A stretch of 57,868 bases of DNA, counting the filler, from Sphacelaria rigidula (taxonomy: Eukaryota), in assembly GCA_964200075.2 (NCBI GenBank). It is 3 parts of 3 records of this genome, joined end to end, with 100 filler letters (N's around TTAATTAATTAA, not from the genome) between each part and the next. Parts side by side here need not be neighbours in the genome. Positions count along the whole stretch, not along the records: positions 19,325 to 38,547 come from CAXNAA020000710.1; 2 more parts are not named here. The stretch is one strand, 5' to 3'. Each line of letters opens with the position of its first letter. The stretch's first letter is position 1. Below the pieces are notes generated by a model. That model was given only the letters and a program-made list of their open reading frames with translations, did not search any database and had not been told where the DNA came from. Shown piece after piece: positions 26,901 through 38,647 of this stretch. The position numbers and the translations under genes are program-made.

Positions 26901-28719
26901 GCTGTAGCGCGAACGTCTCGCCGCCGTTGTGAGTCCGACGTTTACTGTCCTAGGCTTCTTCTGCGTCCTGCGCTATTTTACAGGGCAAGTATGCCGAGGC
27001 TGAGCCACTCTACGAGTGGTGTCAGACGATCCAGGAAAACGTTCTTGGCCCGGAGCACCCAAGCTTGGCCACGACGCTCGACAACCGTGCGGGTCTGTTG
27101 CAAGCTCTGGTGAGAGTCGATGAAACTTTGTTGTTGTTCTCTGTTCGTATGAATGTCTTGTGTTGATGTTCTCACTGGTGGGTTAGTGTTGACGGGCTCA
27201 AGGCGTGAAAGGGGGGAAGTCAACCCGTCGTACGTTGTAGCCGTCGCGGGCAGCCCTAAGTATTTTAACACATCGAGGTCCGGCTGCATACCTGGGCGGG
27301 GCGGTGACTCGAGCGTCTCTCCGCCGTTCTAGGTCCCACGTTACCTGTGACGTGTTACTTATGCGTCGTGTACAATTGCAGGGTAAGTTCACCGAGGCTG
27401 AGCCACTGTTCGAGCGGTCTCAGGTGATGCACGAGAAGCTTCTCGGCCCGGAACACCCAAGCTTGGCCTACACGCTCCACAACCGCGCGAGACTGTTGTA
27501 TGACCAGGTGGGAGTCAATGTACCTTCATCGTAGTTGTGTGTCGATGTCTGAAAGGCATTGTCTTGTGTCTCATGTTCTCCGCTGGTCCTGTGGGCCAGC
27601 GGTGACTGAGAGAGTGAGTGTGGCGAGGCCAACCCGATGGAGCTCTGAACCATCGGGATTGGGCATTGTATTCTTGGCCCTTATTTACATGGCGCTCGTC
27701 GGCCGTATACCTGGGTGGGGCGGTGGGGCGAGCTTCTGGATGTGTTGTACGAAGGTCTGGCGTTGACTGTTCCGAGCTTCTTCTGCGTCATGAACTATAT
27801 TACAGGGCAAGTACGCCGAGGCTCAGCCACTTTATGAGCGGTGCCAAGCGATCCTGGAAAAAGTTCTTTCCCCTGAGCATCCTGACCTGGCTGCAACGCT
27901 GGGTAGCCGTGCGCGCTTGTTTCAAGCTCAGGTGAGAGCAGTTGGACATCGTCGTATTCGTGCGTCGACGTGTGAAGCACATTTTGGTTTCGATATTTTT
28001 CGCTAGTCCTGTGGGCAAACGTTGACGTGACAGTTTGAAAGCGGAAATGCCAACCCGTTGTACGTCTGAGCCGTCGATATCGGGCATAGTGCCCTTGGCC
28101 CGACCGCCTCGCCGCCGTTGTGGGTCCGACGTTTACTGTCCTCGGCTTCTCCTGCGTCGTGTACTAATTTACAGGGCAAGTATGCTGAGGCTGAGGCACT
28201 CTACGAGCGGTGCCAGGCGATGCAGGAGAAGGCCCTCGGCCCGGAGCACCCGAGCTTGGCCAAAACGTTCCATTACCGTGCGGGGTTGTTGCAAGCTCAG
28301 GTGAGAGCAGGTGAAACTGTGCCGTAGCCGTGTGTTGACGTGTGATCAGCATTGTGTGGCGTTGATGTTGTTCGCTAGTCCTATGGGCCAGTGTCTACAG
28401 ATATGGTGAATGCTGCAGCGCCAACTCGCTGTACCTCCGAGCGGTCGAGGTCGGGCACAGTATCCTTGGCCTTCTTCACATATCGCTCCCCGGCTGCACA
28501 CCTCAGCGCGGCGGTGGTGTGAGCGTCTCGCTGCCTTCGTAGATCTTACATTGATCGTTTTAGGCTGCTTCTGCGTCGTGTACTGCATCGCAGGGCAAGA
28601 ACGCCGAGGCCGAGACACTCTACGAGCAGTGCCAGGCAATGCAGGAGAAGGTTCTCGGCCCGGAGCACCCGAATTTGGCCGCCACGCTCCACAACCGTGC
28701 GGGGTTGTTGGAAGCTCAG
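20918..28719 (+). CDS. Array of 17 intact 126-nt phase-0 exons, each encoding one 42-aa TPR unit (kinesin-light-chain/TPR_10-12 type, as in brown-algal NB-ARC-TPR genes); no start, NB-ARC or terminal exon identified
   Basis: Exons, all AG|...|GT and without stops: 20918-21043, 21334-21459, 21753-21878, 23058-23183, 23639-23764, 24065-24190, 24479-24604, 24896-25021, 25314-25439, 25733-25858, 26150-26275, 26566-26691, 26984-27109, 27382-27507, 27806-27931, 28175-28300, 28594-28719. Consensus GKYAEAEPLYERCQAMQEKVLGPEHPSLATTLHNRAGLLQAQ. Confidence 0.92.
22028..22923. mobile_element. Tc1/mariner-type non-autonomous element inserted in TPR intron 3
   Basis: ~33-bp TIRs tagtagtcagcatcagaagttttcagaattcgt / acggattctgcatacttctgacgctgactactg with TA on both sides (22026-27, 22924-25). 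Removing it restores the intron consensus ggcaTAgtacccttggccc. Confidence 0.85.
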
Positions 28720-29455
28720 GTGAGAGCCGATGTATCAATCTCGTAGTCGTGTGTCAACGTGTCGACGATATTGTGCTGAGTTTACGTTGTTCGCTGGTCC
28801 TGTTGGTCAACGTCGGCTGACAGGGTGAGTGAGGCGAAGTTAAGCCGTCGTACATCTGAACCGTCGAGATCGGGCTTAGTACTCTTGGCCGTGTACACAC
28901 ATCACTCACTGATTAAATACCTGAGGGAGGCAGTAGCGACAGCTCCCTGCTGCCGTTGCACGGACCGCCCTTCGGAGATTCGGTGCTCTCGCGCAGTCAA
29001 CTGTATCCCAATTCATCGGCCGCACAAGTTAGGTCACAGCGTGTCACAGTTGGGTGTTGTCGTCAGCAGTGCAGGTGCAAATTTGGGTAATCTTTCGGCA
29101 AGGGTTAGTGGCTTCGGCAGTAGCTATATGGCAAACCTACGTTTTTACTTGCAGTGTTCCTCGGTCTTGAGTCTTTTCTCGTGATACATGTATATATTCC
29201 TTCCTAGTATTTCCGTGCCTCCCCTCTCTGGTTGGTGAGAGCTTGATTCTGTCTTCCTTGTTTTGTTTTCCAGCTTCTACTACGTTTTACATATATTTTT
29301 GTTTCTTTCGCTGTTTTTTTAAGCGAGCGTTCTGTTGTGTTTACGTTGGGTATATCTATCTTGAGGTCACGGCCAGGTCCCTCGGAGATCAGCTAGTTTA
29401 CAACAATCGATTTCCCAATCAAGCCAGTATAGCAGAACTAGATTACAGTTTTTTT

Positions 29456-30156
29456 CACGTCGGCCAGATAAGCTCACTGTAGCTCGAGCTAGCTCTTTTT
29501 TCGCGTAGCTCCTTCCTGAGCAATGAGAGCTACATAAGCTACGCATGTTTTTTTCCGTGGGTGAGCTACGAGAGTGCATGAGCTACCAATATGTAGCTCA
29601 TAAGCGGGTTTTACCCTAAATTAAGCATAAGAACTGCATAAGCAACGAATGGTGGCCCTGGTGAGTTACCGGACGTAGCTCATCCCCGAACTCTAATCCT
29701 ATCCCTATCCCCATCCCTCAGCTACATGAGCTACGCATTTTGAAGTCGGGGTGATGTATGAGAGCTACATGAGCTACGTGTTTTTGTCCTGAGTGAGGTG
29801 CCCGATGTAGCTCATCCGGACATGTTCCCCCGGGCTGAGTTACCCACGTGTGAGAACTACGTATGGGGCCTCAAGGCTGAATGCCACGCGAGAGGAGCTG
29901 TTTCTGTTCCGATGCACATGCACGTTGATCTATGAGGACATTCAAATATCTGTATTCTGTTTTGCCCGGTGGATGTCGTTGGAACATCCGTGGCATGACG
30001 GGCTACATCAGCTACGTATGTTTGCCCTGAAAGAGCTACCAACCCGTAGCTCACTCGCGCATGTGTACCCTGTACGAATTATCGGGTGTAATTCATCTGT
30101 ACAAGTGTGACCACGAGTGAGCTGCAGCTCACAGATGAGCTAGGTCACGAGGTGTT
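29456..30156. mobile_element. Probable non-autonomous DNA transposon rich in gagctac/gtagctc motifs
   Basis: Many gagctac motifs in both orientations and loosely complementary ends (cacgtcgg...agctc / gagct...cgaggtg). The same motif occurs in the TIRs of the 10083 and 51295 MITEs. Confidence 0.45.
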
Positions 30157-32876
30157 GGACGCGTAAAGTCTTTCCGCGTGGTCGGCGTGTTCTTGGGTAG
30201 TATTAGCCTAATGGGTTGTCCTTGAAGGATTTGTGATGCTCAGCCCCTTCCTAACGCGGACAGGCTGCGTTGTATGTCGGTACCGAATCCAATCAAGATC
30301 GACACACACTGCCCGTAGGAGGACCCGCAGTTCATAACCCCATTCGGCGCTTTGGAGAGGAGCTTGGTAGATAATTTTACCAAGTAGAACGACCAAGCTG
30401 AAAACCTTGCTCGTTTGTAGACCTGTGGGCTGACCTAAAAACATCCTGGAAAAACGTATGGTTGATCTCGGAAGCAATCATTGACGATCGGGGAACCCCT
30501 ACGCCCCTCCCCCCAAGATCATCACGGCGGTCCAAGATCATCACGGCGCTTCGCGCTTGGTGATTGCTTGCGAGCCAGGTCCGGCGAAAACCCGGCGTGC
30601 TGCGTCCCAGCGTTGTAGGGATGCGAGGTCAATGGTCATATGACTGGCATGCAAGATCATGAGTACACCCCCCGTCCAAGATATTGGGACCCCTGGACTA
30701 TCAGCCGGTGAAATCATTCCGAAGCGGTGCTGGGAGTCAAGGGGTTGGCCCCTTGACCGTTGGAATCGATTATTCGCTGACTCGTTATCATTTACGTTTG
30801 AGAATTCCTGGATGACCCACCTGACCTACCGTGGTGGTCAAAGAGCTCGTCATCTTCGTTGCGAACCCATTCCACAACAGTAGCAGTAACCTCAGGTTCC
30901 TCGTGCCCTTCACGCATGTTCTTGGCCCGTAGAAATCCCTGAGCAAACCTTGTGAGATCCAGCTGCTGGACCATTGCCAGCGAGGGTTGACGTGTGTAAT
31001 GAAAATGAAACATGTGTTTCATCAAGACATGTATCACCAAGCTATGAAAAATGAGTATCCGAACGGAAATCGCAAAACCAAGAGAAATGCGCGCAAGGAA
31101 ATGCGGTTCCTAGCGCGTCCTGTTCGACCACGCACGCGAAATGTTTCCGTGTGGGAGTCACGCTCACTCCCGAATGTTCATATCCAAGTAGTTGTACATT
31201 CCTGCTGACAAACCCACACATTTGGTTGTGATCAAAGCTTCAGTTTCTACGTTGTAGTTGCCGCATTCCCCCGCCCAAAAGGAAAATAACAGGAGGTGTG
31301 TATGGCCAATATATTGGGGTGTCAGGTCGGTTGGGGTATTTGTTGGTTTGGAGTTTCTTGAACAATAAGACAAAATAGTCGTAAATTTGGAGGGAGCGTA
31401 ATTGTACCGCGTATTGCCCCCGGCATTAGAATCACGGACATCTCCCATTGAGTCCGTTGATGACGGGAGCATTCTGGCTATTATACTACATGCGCTGACG
31501 ACACCTTTGGAATTTCCTCCGACGTCCCAACTTCGCACGCATATATACCATCATTGCGCCATTGCACTACCATTCTCGTTGAATCACGTCTAGTTGAATG
31601 CAGGCTGCTGCCAAGCTACCTCGTCGCGCCTCCTGTACGACCCGAGGTCAACGCACATACTCACGCGGAATGACGTCCCTGTCGCCTCATGATCGACCCC
31701 ATCGCCAATGTAGTTTGATAACCAGGTCGAACTTCTGATCTTGGTCCCGATGCGTATCAAGTTTACGGCGCTCCCGCGTTCAGCTCCCGATGCAGACACT
31801 GGGGAAATACCTTCTTAGAGCACGTCGCCGCGTGTATGCCTGAACAAACACGATTCTAGGAAGGTAACGCGCCGCGAACTTGCAACACACGCGCCTCTGT
31901 TCGAGAACCACCCACAATTGCTATAGGTCCTACTTATGCGCTCTAAATGGAACCTTGACGGTAACAGCTCGCCAGTCGTCGGGACTGTACCGCTGAATTC
32001 CCTCTCGCCAGAGAGCGTCATAACGTGTTTTCAAACGAAATCCTTTGGGTTTTCTCGTTACCATAGGCACATATTTTGGACCCTCGGCATGGTATCAAGT
32101 ACGATGCACGCAAGCATAGCAGTAGTGCTTATCCTCCGATTCCCCGCTTATCCGCCAGATGTCGACCTTACTGCAAGTATAACTCGACTCGATGATGATC
32201 GAACACGCGCCCCCGTCCCATTATAAGCCGTCTCTCCGCTCTCCCCAGCATTATCGGCAAATGAATCCCGACTTTCCGGTGAAAATACGTGGACCACGGG
32301 CAATCTGGCGACAACTGCCGGTGTAGTCTTCACACTTCACAATACCTGCGTGTAAGAGGCGACATATTCCCCCTACTCGAGCGCCAGCGCTTCCCAGCCG
32401 TTGGGCTAATGCATGTAAGGTCCCCACGGATGCGAACCTCCGGTATGTTTTTCCAGAGACAACAGAGTACTTCAGATGCGTGAGAGGATTTCTGCACGTT
32501 ACTAAACAGAGATTCTCCCCTCGCTGGTCTTGGAGCTTGGTGGTTGATGGCCAACCTGGTCAGGCGAAAGCTTGGTGTGCTTCGTCCCGGCTTTGTAGGC
32601 ATGCGAGGTCAATGGTCAGACGACTATGGCATGCAAGATCAAGAGCGCACACCCCCTTCACATCTAGACTCCTTGATTGGCGTCAAGTGCAACGGCGCTG
32701 TAAATCAAGCCACCAGAACCTAGACATATAATGTACAGACTATCACGGTACGTACACCAGAGACTGCCACTAGGCGAAAAACATTTCCGGACCGACAGAC
32801 ACACTGGGCATTCAAAAATTCAAAGAAATATTTTTTTTCCCTCCCAGAAAAGCACAAAATGGAGATAAACACGATA

Positions 32877-33924
32877 CTTGCTCTGTCCCACAAGTCTGGT
32901 CGGTTATGTTTGTACGAGCCCTTACCTGTGTCCGATCTGATTTTAGATGTTTTTTTCCCTATTTCTTGGCTGTTTTTGTAGTTAGAAGCATAGCTCCTTT
33001 GGTGCAGCTCGCTGTTGAACTATGCGACCGAACGGCCGCAAAAAATCAGTCGACCCCAAACTGGCCGTATTTCGCCCCTTTTTTCTCAGGGGCAAAAATG
33101 TGTCAGAGAAATTGACTGGTCGATCGGGGAAATTACCGGTCATCTCGTCCGCCTGGTCGCAGATGAAGTCGATCCAGCGAAGCTTCTGAGCAGGGGGAAG
33201 GGAGGGTTTGATACGGTGAGCCACGTTTGCTGCACCTTCTTTCTTGAACCACCGCTGCACAGTCTCCGCACCGTAATCCAGCCCGATGTCTCTCGGCTGA
33301 TCGGACACCTGCCGGAGCGTAAATGACCGATTCTGCTTTTTGACGTTCTTCAGCGCCGCAACCTTTGTTGGCGTGAGGAGCGACGGCCTTCCAGCCCTGT
33401 GTTATTTGAAAGGTCGACCTCCTGCCTAGCGTCGATCTGGGCTATATCGTTTTTCCACAATTTCGTCGGGTACTCGGAACCAACACCGTAGCAATCGCAA
33501 ATTGGCCCCAGGGAGCCCTCGGGCACCCTCACCTTGCCCGGTGGAACAGCGAGCGCAACCCCCATCGCAAGCTCATAGCGGCGACCCGCTTGTAACTCAT
33601 CCCCAGTCTTGCGAGAGGGGGGGGGGGTACTCGGGGGCAATTCTATCGTATTGTGATATCTGTGGACTAGGTGTGATATGTTTTACCCGAATTCTCAAGA
33701 ACAATCTCAAGACAGTTCTCACAAGAATTCTCAAAAAGACCAAAAATGAGGTTTATTCTGACCTGATTTTAGTATTGAAAACAGGGTTCTTATTTTATTT
33801 ATTTCTCATCAGCTTCGTACGCGCTTTATCTTTCTACCGAACACAACCATGAGGTCATCGTCAACACCGTTGCACCCAAACAACAAACCGGTTATAGCCG
33901 ACCAGGCTTCTGGGACAGAGGAAG
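32877..33924 (-). mobile_element. Internally deleted mariner-like (Stowaway/DD39D-type ends) DNA transposon with N-terminal transposase relic
   Basis: TIRs cttgctctgtcccacaagtctggtcggttat / atagccgaccaggcttctgggacagaggaag flanked by TA. The minus-strand relic reads ETVQRWFKKEGA...RIKPSLPPAQKLRWIDFICD, like the helix-turn-helix and linker before a mariner DDD domain. The catalytic domain is missing. Confidence 0.8.
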
Positions 33925-34519
33925 TATAAGAAGAGCTGAACGTTGTTGTTTTGTTTTGTATTGTTTTGTTTTCCCTAGTCTTTCCCATTGTACTCCTTGC
34001 TTTTCCTCTTTCTTTTTTTTTCTTCCTTTTCTATTTTTCTCTTTTTTCTGTTTTTGTTTCTCAGACTACCAGAACACAGCCTAGACATAGACATGAAATG
34101 ACGAAGCTAACAGCCCGGAAATAAACATAAAATGACGAAGCTAAACATCTTTTTTTCCCGAACCTACCATAACATAGCCCGGACATAGATATGGGACAAC
34201 GGAGCCACCTTTTTTCTTCAGCCTACCATAACACAGGCCGGAAATAGATATGAAATAGCGAGAAAGAAAGTTGTATTCCCCGTATCAAAACAGAAAACAA
34301 CGTAGATTCTTTACTCATATCATAGCAAAAGGTAAGGCACGAAAAAACCAACAAACAGATGTGCAAGTAATAGCGTGAAGGTTGACCACCTTACATGCAA
34401 ATAAAAAATACAAGAGATGTAACAAATACGGATAGGGTAGGGTCATCACTCCCGGCACGTTAAATTCACAAGGAGGTGGGGGTCTCGTGGTGAGATACCC
34501 GTTAAAACTTACCGATATC

Positions 34520-35150
34520 CATCAGGCAGTGGAAATCTGGTCAACCATTTTCCTGAAATTCCCGACATTAGATGCATATGCGTCTAGTGAAGGGAAATGG
34601 GTGGATAATGCATGACATAAATACGAAGACCTACTGCACTCATGAATTACACACCTTACCAATGACCGACCGCATGACCTACGAGAAGGAGCACCAAGCG
34701 GTACATCGGCTTGTTGAGATCTTGAAGGATATATGCTGGTACAAAGTGTGGGGGAATCGTTGGCCAAGCTTTCGGCAGCGAAGGTCTACTCGGAAGCATT
34801 AGTAGAGTAGCGATCCATGGTAAAGCGTACACGGAATTGGAAGGAGTGATGTACGGGACATCCCGATGTGTGAGTAAGACCTTGTGTTATGCAAACCGTT
34901 CTTGAACATTACACGGTGAAAATGACCTTCCTGGAGGAAAGTAGCCAGTACAGCAGTGGGGCAAGAAGATGGAAGATACGATCGTAGGATGCCTGGATAG
35001 TTTACCATGAAGATCGCTTCGCACAAACGTGGTGTACTTGTGTCAACGGTGTAGGACTTGGCTTCAGGCTACAAGCCCGTGATGGAGGCTATGAGCCAGC
35101 CAAACAACTGAAAGGCACCAGACCCTCAACAAGCACTAGAGTCGGGATAC
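34520..35150 (-). pseudogene. Possible highly decayed reverse-transcriptase relic (Penelope-like)
   Basis: Only faint resemblance (LHGKLSRHPTIVSSIF vs the LPKIHK...RPIVS motif), with many stops. Confidence 0.25.
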
Positions 35151-37136
35151 TCCAATACGTTGGCTACATCCCACCACAAAACTTGAAACGATCAAAATGG
35201 AGGTACTCTTGAAAGGGATCGAGAAATATCGGGATTACTTCAATCGCGCAAATGTACCGAAGGCACACAATTTGGGGCTGCGTATTTGCAGGACCCCCGA
35301 TGAGCGGTCAGCCTGTAAGTTCGATCAATGTCGAGTATATATTAGTTTTTCTTCACAATGTGGCGGCGGATGCTTGGAGACGATCCCCGACGTTTGGGAT
35401 CAAACGTTAATTGGGGTGGGGGTGACACACACAAAAAACTAATGGAAATTGCGAAAAAATACGAACTCCGTCTCGTTTAGCCGCCAAGTACTGTACTTAC
35501 GGACATACACCATAAATTCATCAGTCTTCCATCTACCTTATCTCTACATTGTCAACGTGAATAGACGTACCACCGCCAACCGTGTCGCAAACCCCACCCT
35601 AGCTAAATGTGGAGCATATCCGAGTCGAGAAAAAAATGTCGTGATCATCTTGTGCCGTGTTGCCTTCTTCACAATTCATAACCTACACAATTCTTCCTCC
35701 GCGTGTCACAATTTACAGTGGCGCTGACGGGTCCTAGCCAGGTGTGCACTAACATGAACCTTTGCATGACCTCAAAACCCCCTGGCCGTCGTCAAAACAT
35801 GGCCTTTCACCATGTGGTTGTCGCCTTGTTTCACCCATATCGTTTGGTTCTTTTCGTGTCAATACTTCTCCTAAGCGTTATTGGCCTGCGTCCGAGACCT
35901 TGAAGCAAACGTCCGCATTTGTCGCAAAATTCCGTTGTTGTGGCCTGTGTAATGGTAAGTTGCCCAAGGAAAACTTCACATGTCCTTCAATCACACAACT
36001 TCCGATGTACCCGTTCATTGCTGTATAAGAGTAGTTCTGATGCTCGACATTATTGCAACTACGTCACACACAAAATCAGCGACGACACCTCTCTGCCGGC
36101 CCCCAGGCCAAGCAAGCTCACGTACCTCACTGGTTCCGCAGCTTCTATGAAAGCGATCTCCGAACGTTTCTGTCCCCCGACGATACAGGTTCTTCCCGTG
36201 TCGTTCCCGCCTTTATTTCCATCAAAGATGGGTGCTGTAGGGGCGTTCCCATCTCCATCTTCTGTGAGAATAGTAAACTACTCTCAGAGTGGCCGTGGTC
36301 GCACTGGCCTTGTTCCCCCTCGGGAATCGTTCATGCGCTGTAATTTCACTAGTTCATGATCGTTTGCACCGTATCCACCCTCGAGGTGTCGCACGTCTTC
36401 CTCTACCCTTGTACACTCTCCACTCGCGCAAACCTCGCTAGTGCCCCATACAGGTGGCTAAAAGTCAATGATGCAGTTCCGACTGGTTGAATTTTGTCTG
36501 TAAGATCTCGCCACATATTGTCGCACTCTTGTCCCCACATTTCGCCTTCCGCTTATGTTTGATCACACCGCATTGTGTCGCTCGTGGCCTGTCAAATGTC
36601 AAGGTCATTGAGATCTCCCGTTTGCTATTATATTATCCGTTCCCGTCCCATGTGTTTCTTCGTGGCATGACCCCGTGGTTGGTTCCAACCTGCTTCACAG
36701 CACCTGCCCATCTAATAACTATGACGGATGAGATGTCTCCTCTCATTAGTGCTGGGTCACTTTCCGACCTCGATTTGTCCCTAACAATCAATGCCCGCAC
36801 CCATGCTGTCATGTTCAACGCGATCAGATCTACTGTGAAAAAGTGACTGCCTCGACAGACACATGTGGGATTTTTTCCTTCTGTGGTAACCCCCTCCTTC
36901 CCCCCCCCCTCCTGCCGTCGAGGCTGTGTCCCATTTTCGAGATGATTTGTACGCGTCGGGCTTAACAACCTTAGTAGGATGCAGCTCACCCTTCATGCGA
37001 CTCGCCGACATATCACGGCGCTTCGCGCTTGGTGGTTGCGAGCCTGATCCAGCGAAAACCCGGCGTGCTCCATCCCGACTTGGTGGGGATGCAATATCAA
37101 TGACTTTATGACCACATCATGCACAACGATGAGTAC

Positions 37137-37172
<36 letters not shown>

Positions 37173-37200
37173 CCCTCTCCCTCACAGAAGGAGACAGGGG

Positions 37201-37210
37201 NNNNNNNNNN
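37201..37210. other. Assembly gap (10 N) between poly-C tracts
   Basis: N-run. Confidence 0.95.
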
Positions 37211-38409
37211 TCTCGCCCAGCGGTGACTACCCCCCCCCCCCCCCCCCATGAGCCCCTTCGTACGTTCATTGACGAGAAGAGGTTTGTAGAGGTAACCTTT
37301 TCCGCCGACTAGCTGTGAAGATCATCGTACACCTTTCTTCACATATCTTGTGGTTGCTGAGTCGCCAACAATGTCTGCAGAAGACGTTCCCGTGAGTTTT
37401 GGAACTCCTTTTGCTCATCACCCACCAGGGTCCTGACTACCCTGCGATCTCACGACTCTTTGCCGCCCGCTTAACTTCACGGATCTCTCTCTCTCTTTCG
37501 TCATTCGAAACTTGTGAACTTTGGTCATTGCGCATAGAGAGATATTTCATGAAGCCGCCAACGTGAAAAAAGTGACTGTCTTCAGCGGACGCTTGCGGGA
37601 ATTGTCCCTTATCCGTAGCGGTGTCCACATGATGAATGAATGGACATCTCGCTATGTCGTGGATGTTCGTACGTTTCGTGTGCCCTCGAGTTCTCGTCCT
37701 CTGTCATATCATGCCCCCGCCACCTCCCCAATCTCCGGCAGTATCCTGCCATAGAATCTGCCCATTCCATCCGACATACATGCACTGGCGATCGTTGAAT
37801 ATTTGCAAAGAGGGGTGCATACATGTAGACCCTCTATTGCGAAAGCCCTTCCTTTAAAGATCTATCCACAATGCTGAATCCGCGTGAAGGTAATGTAACT
37901 TTCCTGGTACCATTGCCGTGTACCATGTTTGAATTTCCGAATAATCGTTTCCCATGTGGAACATGTGTCATCATCAATGCCCTCCGAATGGCATATCGTC
38001 CTGGCCGTACTATCGTTGCTATGTTGCGCAGTTTTCTCACTTCTGCTGTGAAATATATTGACTTTTGACTGTGTTGCCAAAAGCAGTCGAGAAGCGTCTC
38101 TATCAACTAGGAGCCTCGCTTTGAACTGTATCGTCTAGCTACGTCTCATAAAATGTCGGACCAGAACTTGCTCTCCAAGATACCGTCGTCACTGTCGCAT
38201 CATCTGGAAGAGGAATTGCCTTACCTTTCAAAGCTGGTCCTCCGACCGTAGCTGGAATCGTCACATCCCCTGCACGAGGTACAATTTTTACCGTCTCTGG
38301 GGCACTGTAGTTATGTGAAAGGGCGACGGCTGAAGCCAGAATGCTCCATATTAGGACGAAGATCCCCACCCCTAGGGCACCCTGCAGTCTACATGTCTAT
38401 TATTATATA

Positions 38410-38547
38410 CTTCGTCTGTCCCATTCCCATAAGTCTGCTCGGTTATGTTTGCACGGACATTTAACAATGCCCGATTCTTCACTGAGTGATGCTACGGTAG
38501 GGGTACAGAAATAATTTCTGAGGTTAGAATTTTAGGAGCCCCTTATC
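38410..38547. mobile_element. Left end of a second element of the 32877-33924 family, cut by the gap
   Basis: TA followed by cttcgtctgtccca...taagtctgctcggttatgtttgcacg, which matches the left TIR at 32877. Confidence 0.6.
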
Positions 38548-38647
38548 NNNNNNNNNNNNNNNNNNNNNNNNNNNNNNNNNNNNNNNNNNNNTTAATTAAT
38601 TAANNNNNNNNNNNNNNNNNNNNNNNNNNNNNNNNNNNNNNNNNNNN
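38548..38647. other. Assembly gap with artificial TTAATTAATTAA linker
   Basis: N-run with ttaattaattaa at 38592-38603. Confidence 0.97.

Larger units (their letters stand above)
20885..28960 (+). repeat. Tandem ~418-bp exon+intron repeat units
   Basis: Exon-start spacings are mostly 414-426 bp, with 398 and 369 bp in two shortened units. Introns share a consensus (gtgagagccgat...gtgtcgacgtgtgaac...ggtcctgtgggccaacgttgactg...cttggccctgtacacg...ggctgcacacctgggc...gtccgacgttgactg...gcttctgcgtcgtgtactacattgcag). Confidence 0.95.

Noticed and set aside
21044-28593. RAG-type recombination signal sequences around TPR exons
   Set aside because: No conserved CACAGTG heptamer with nonamer at 12/23 spacing was seen in the unit consensus.
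20918-28719. Regular repeat-spacer pattern resembling a CRISPR array
   Set aside because: The repeats are 126-nt spliceable coding exons and the spacers are homologous introns. The context is eukaryotic and no cas genes are present.
20882-28738. Minus-strand ORFs across the TPR array
   Set aside because: These are antisense shadows of the GC-rich repeat, with frames and stops not conserved between units.
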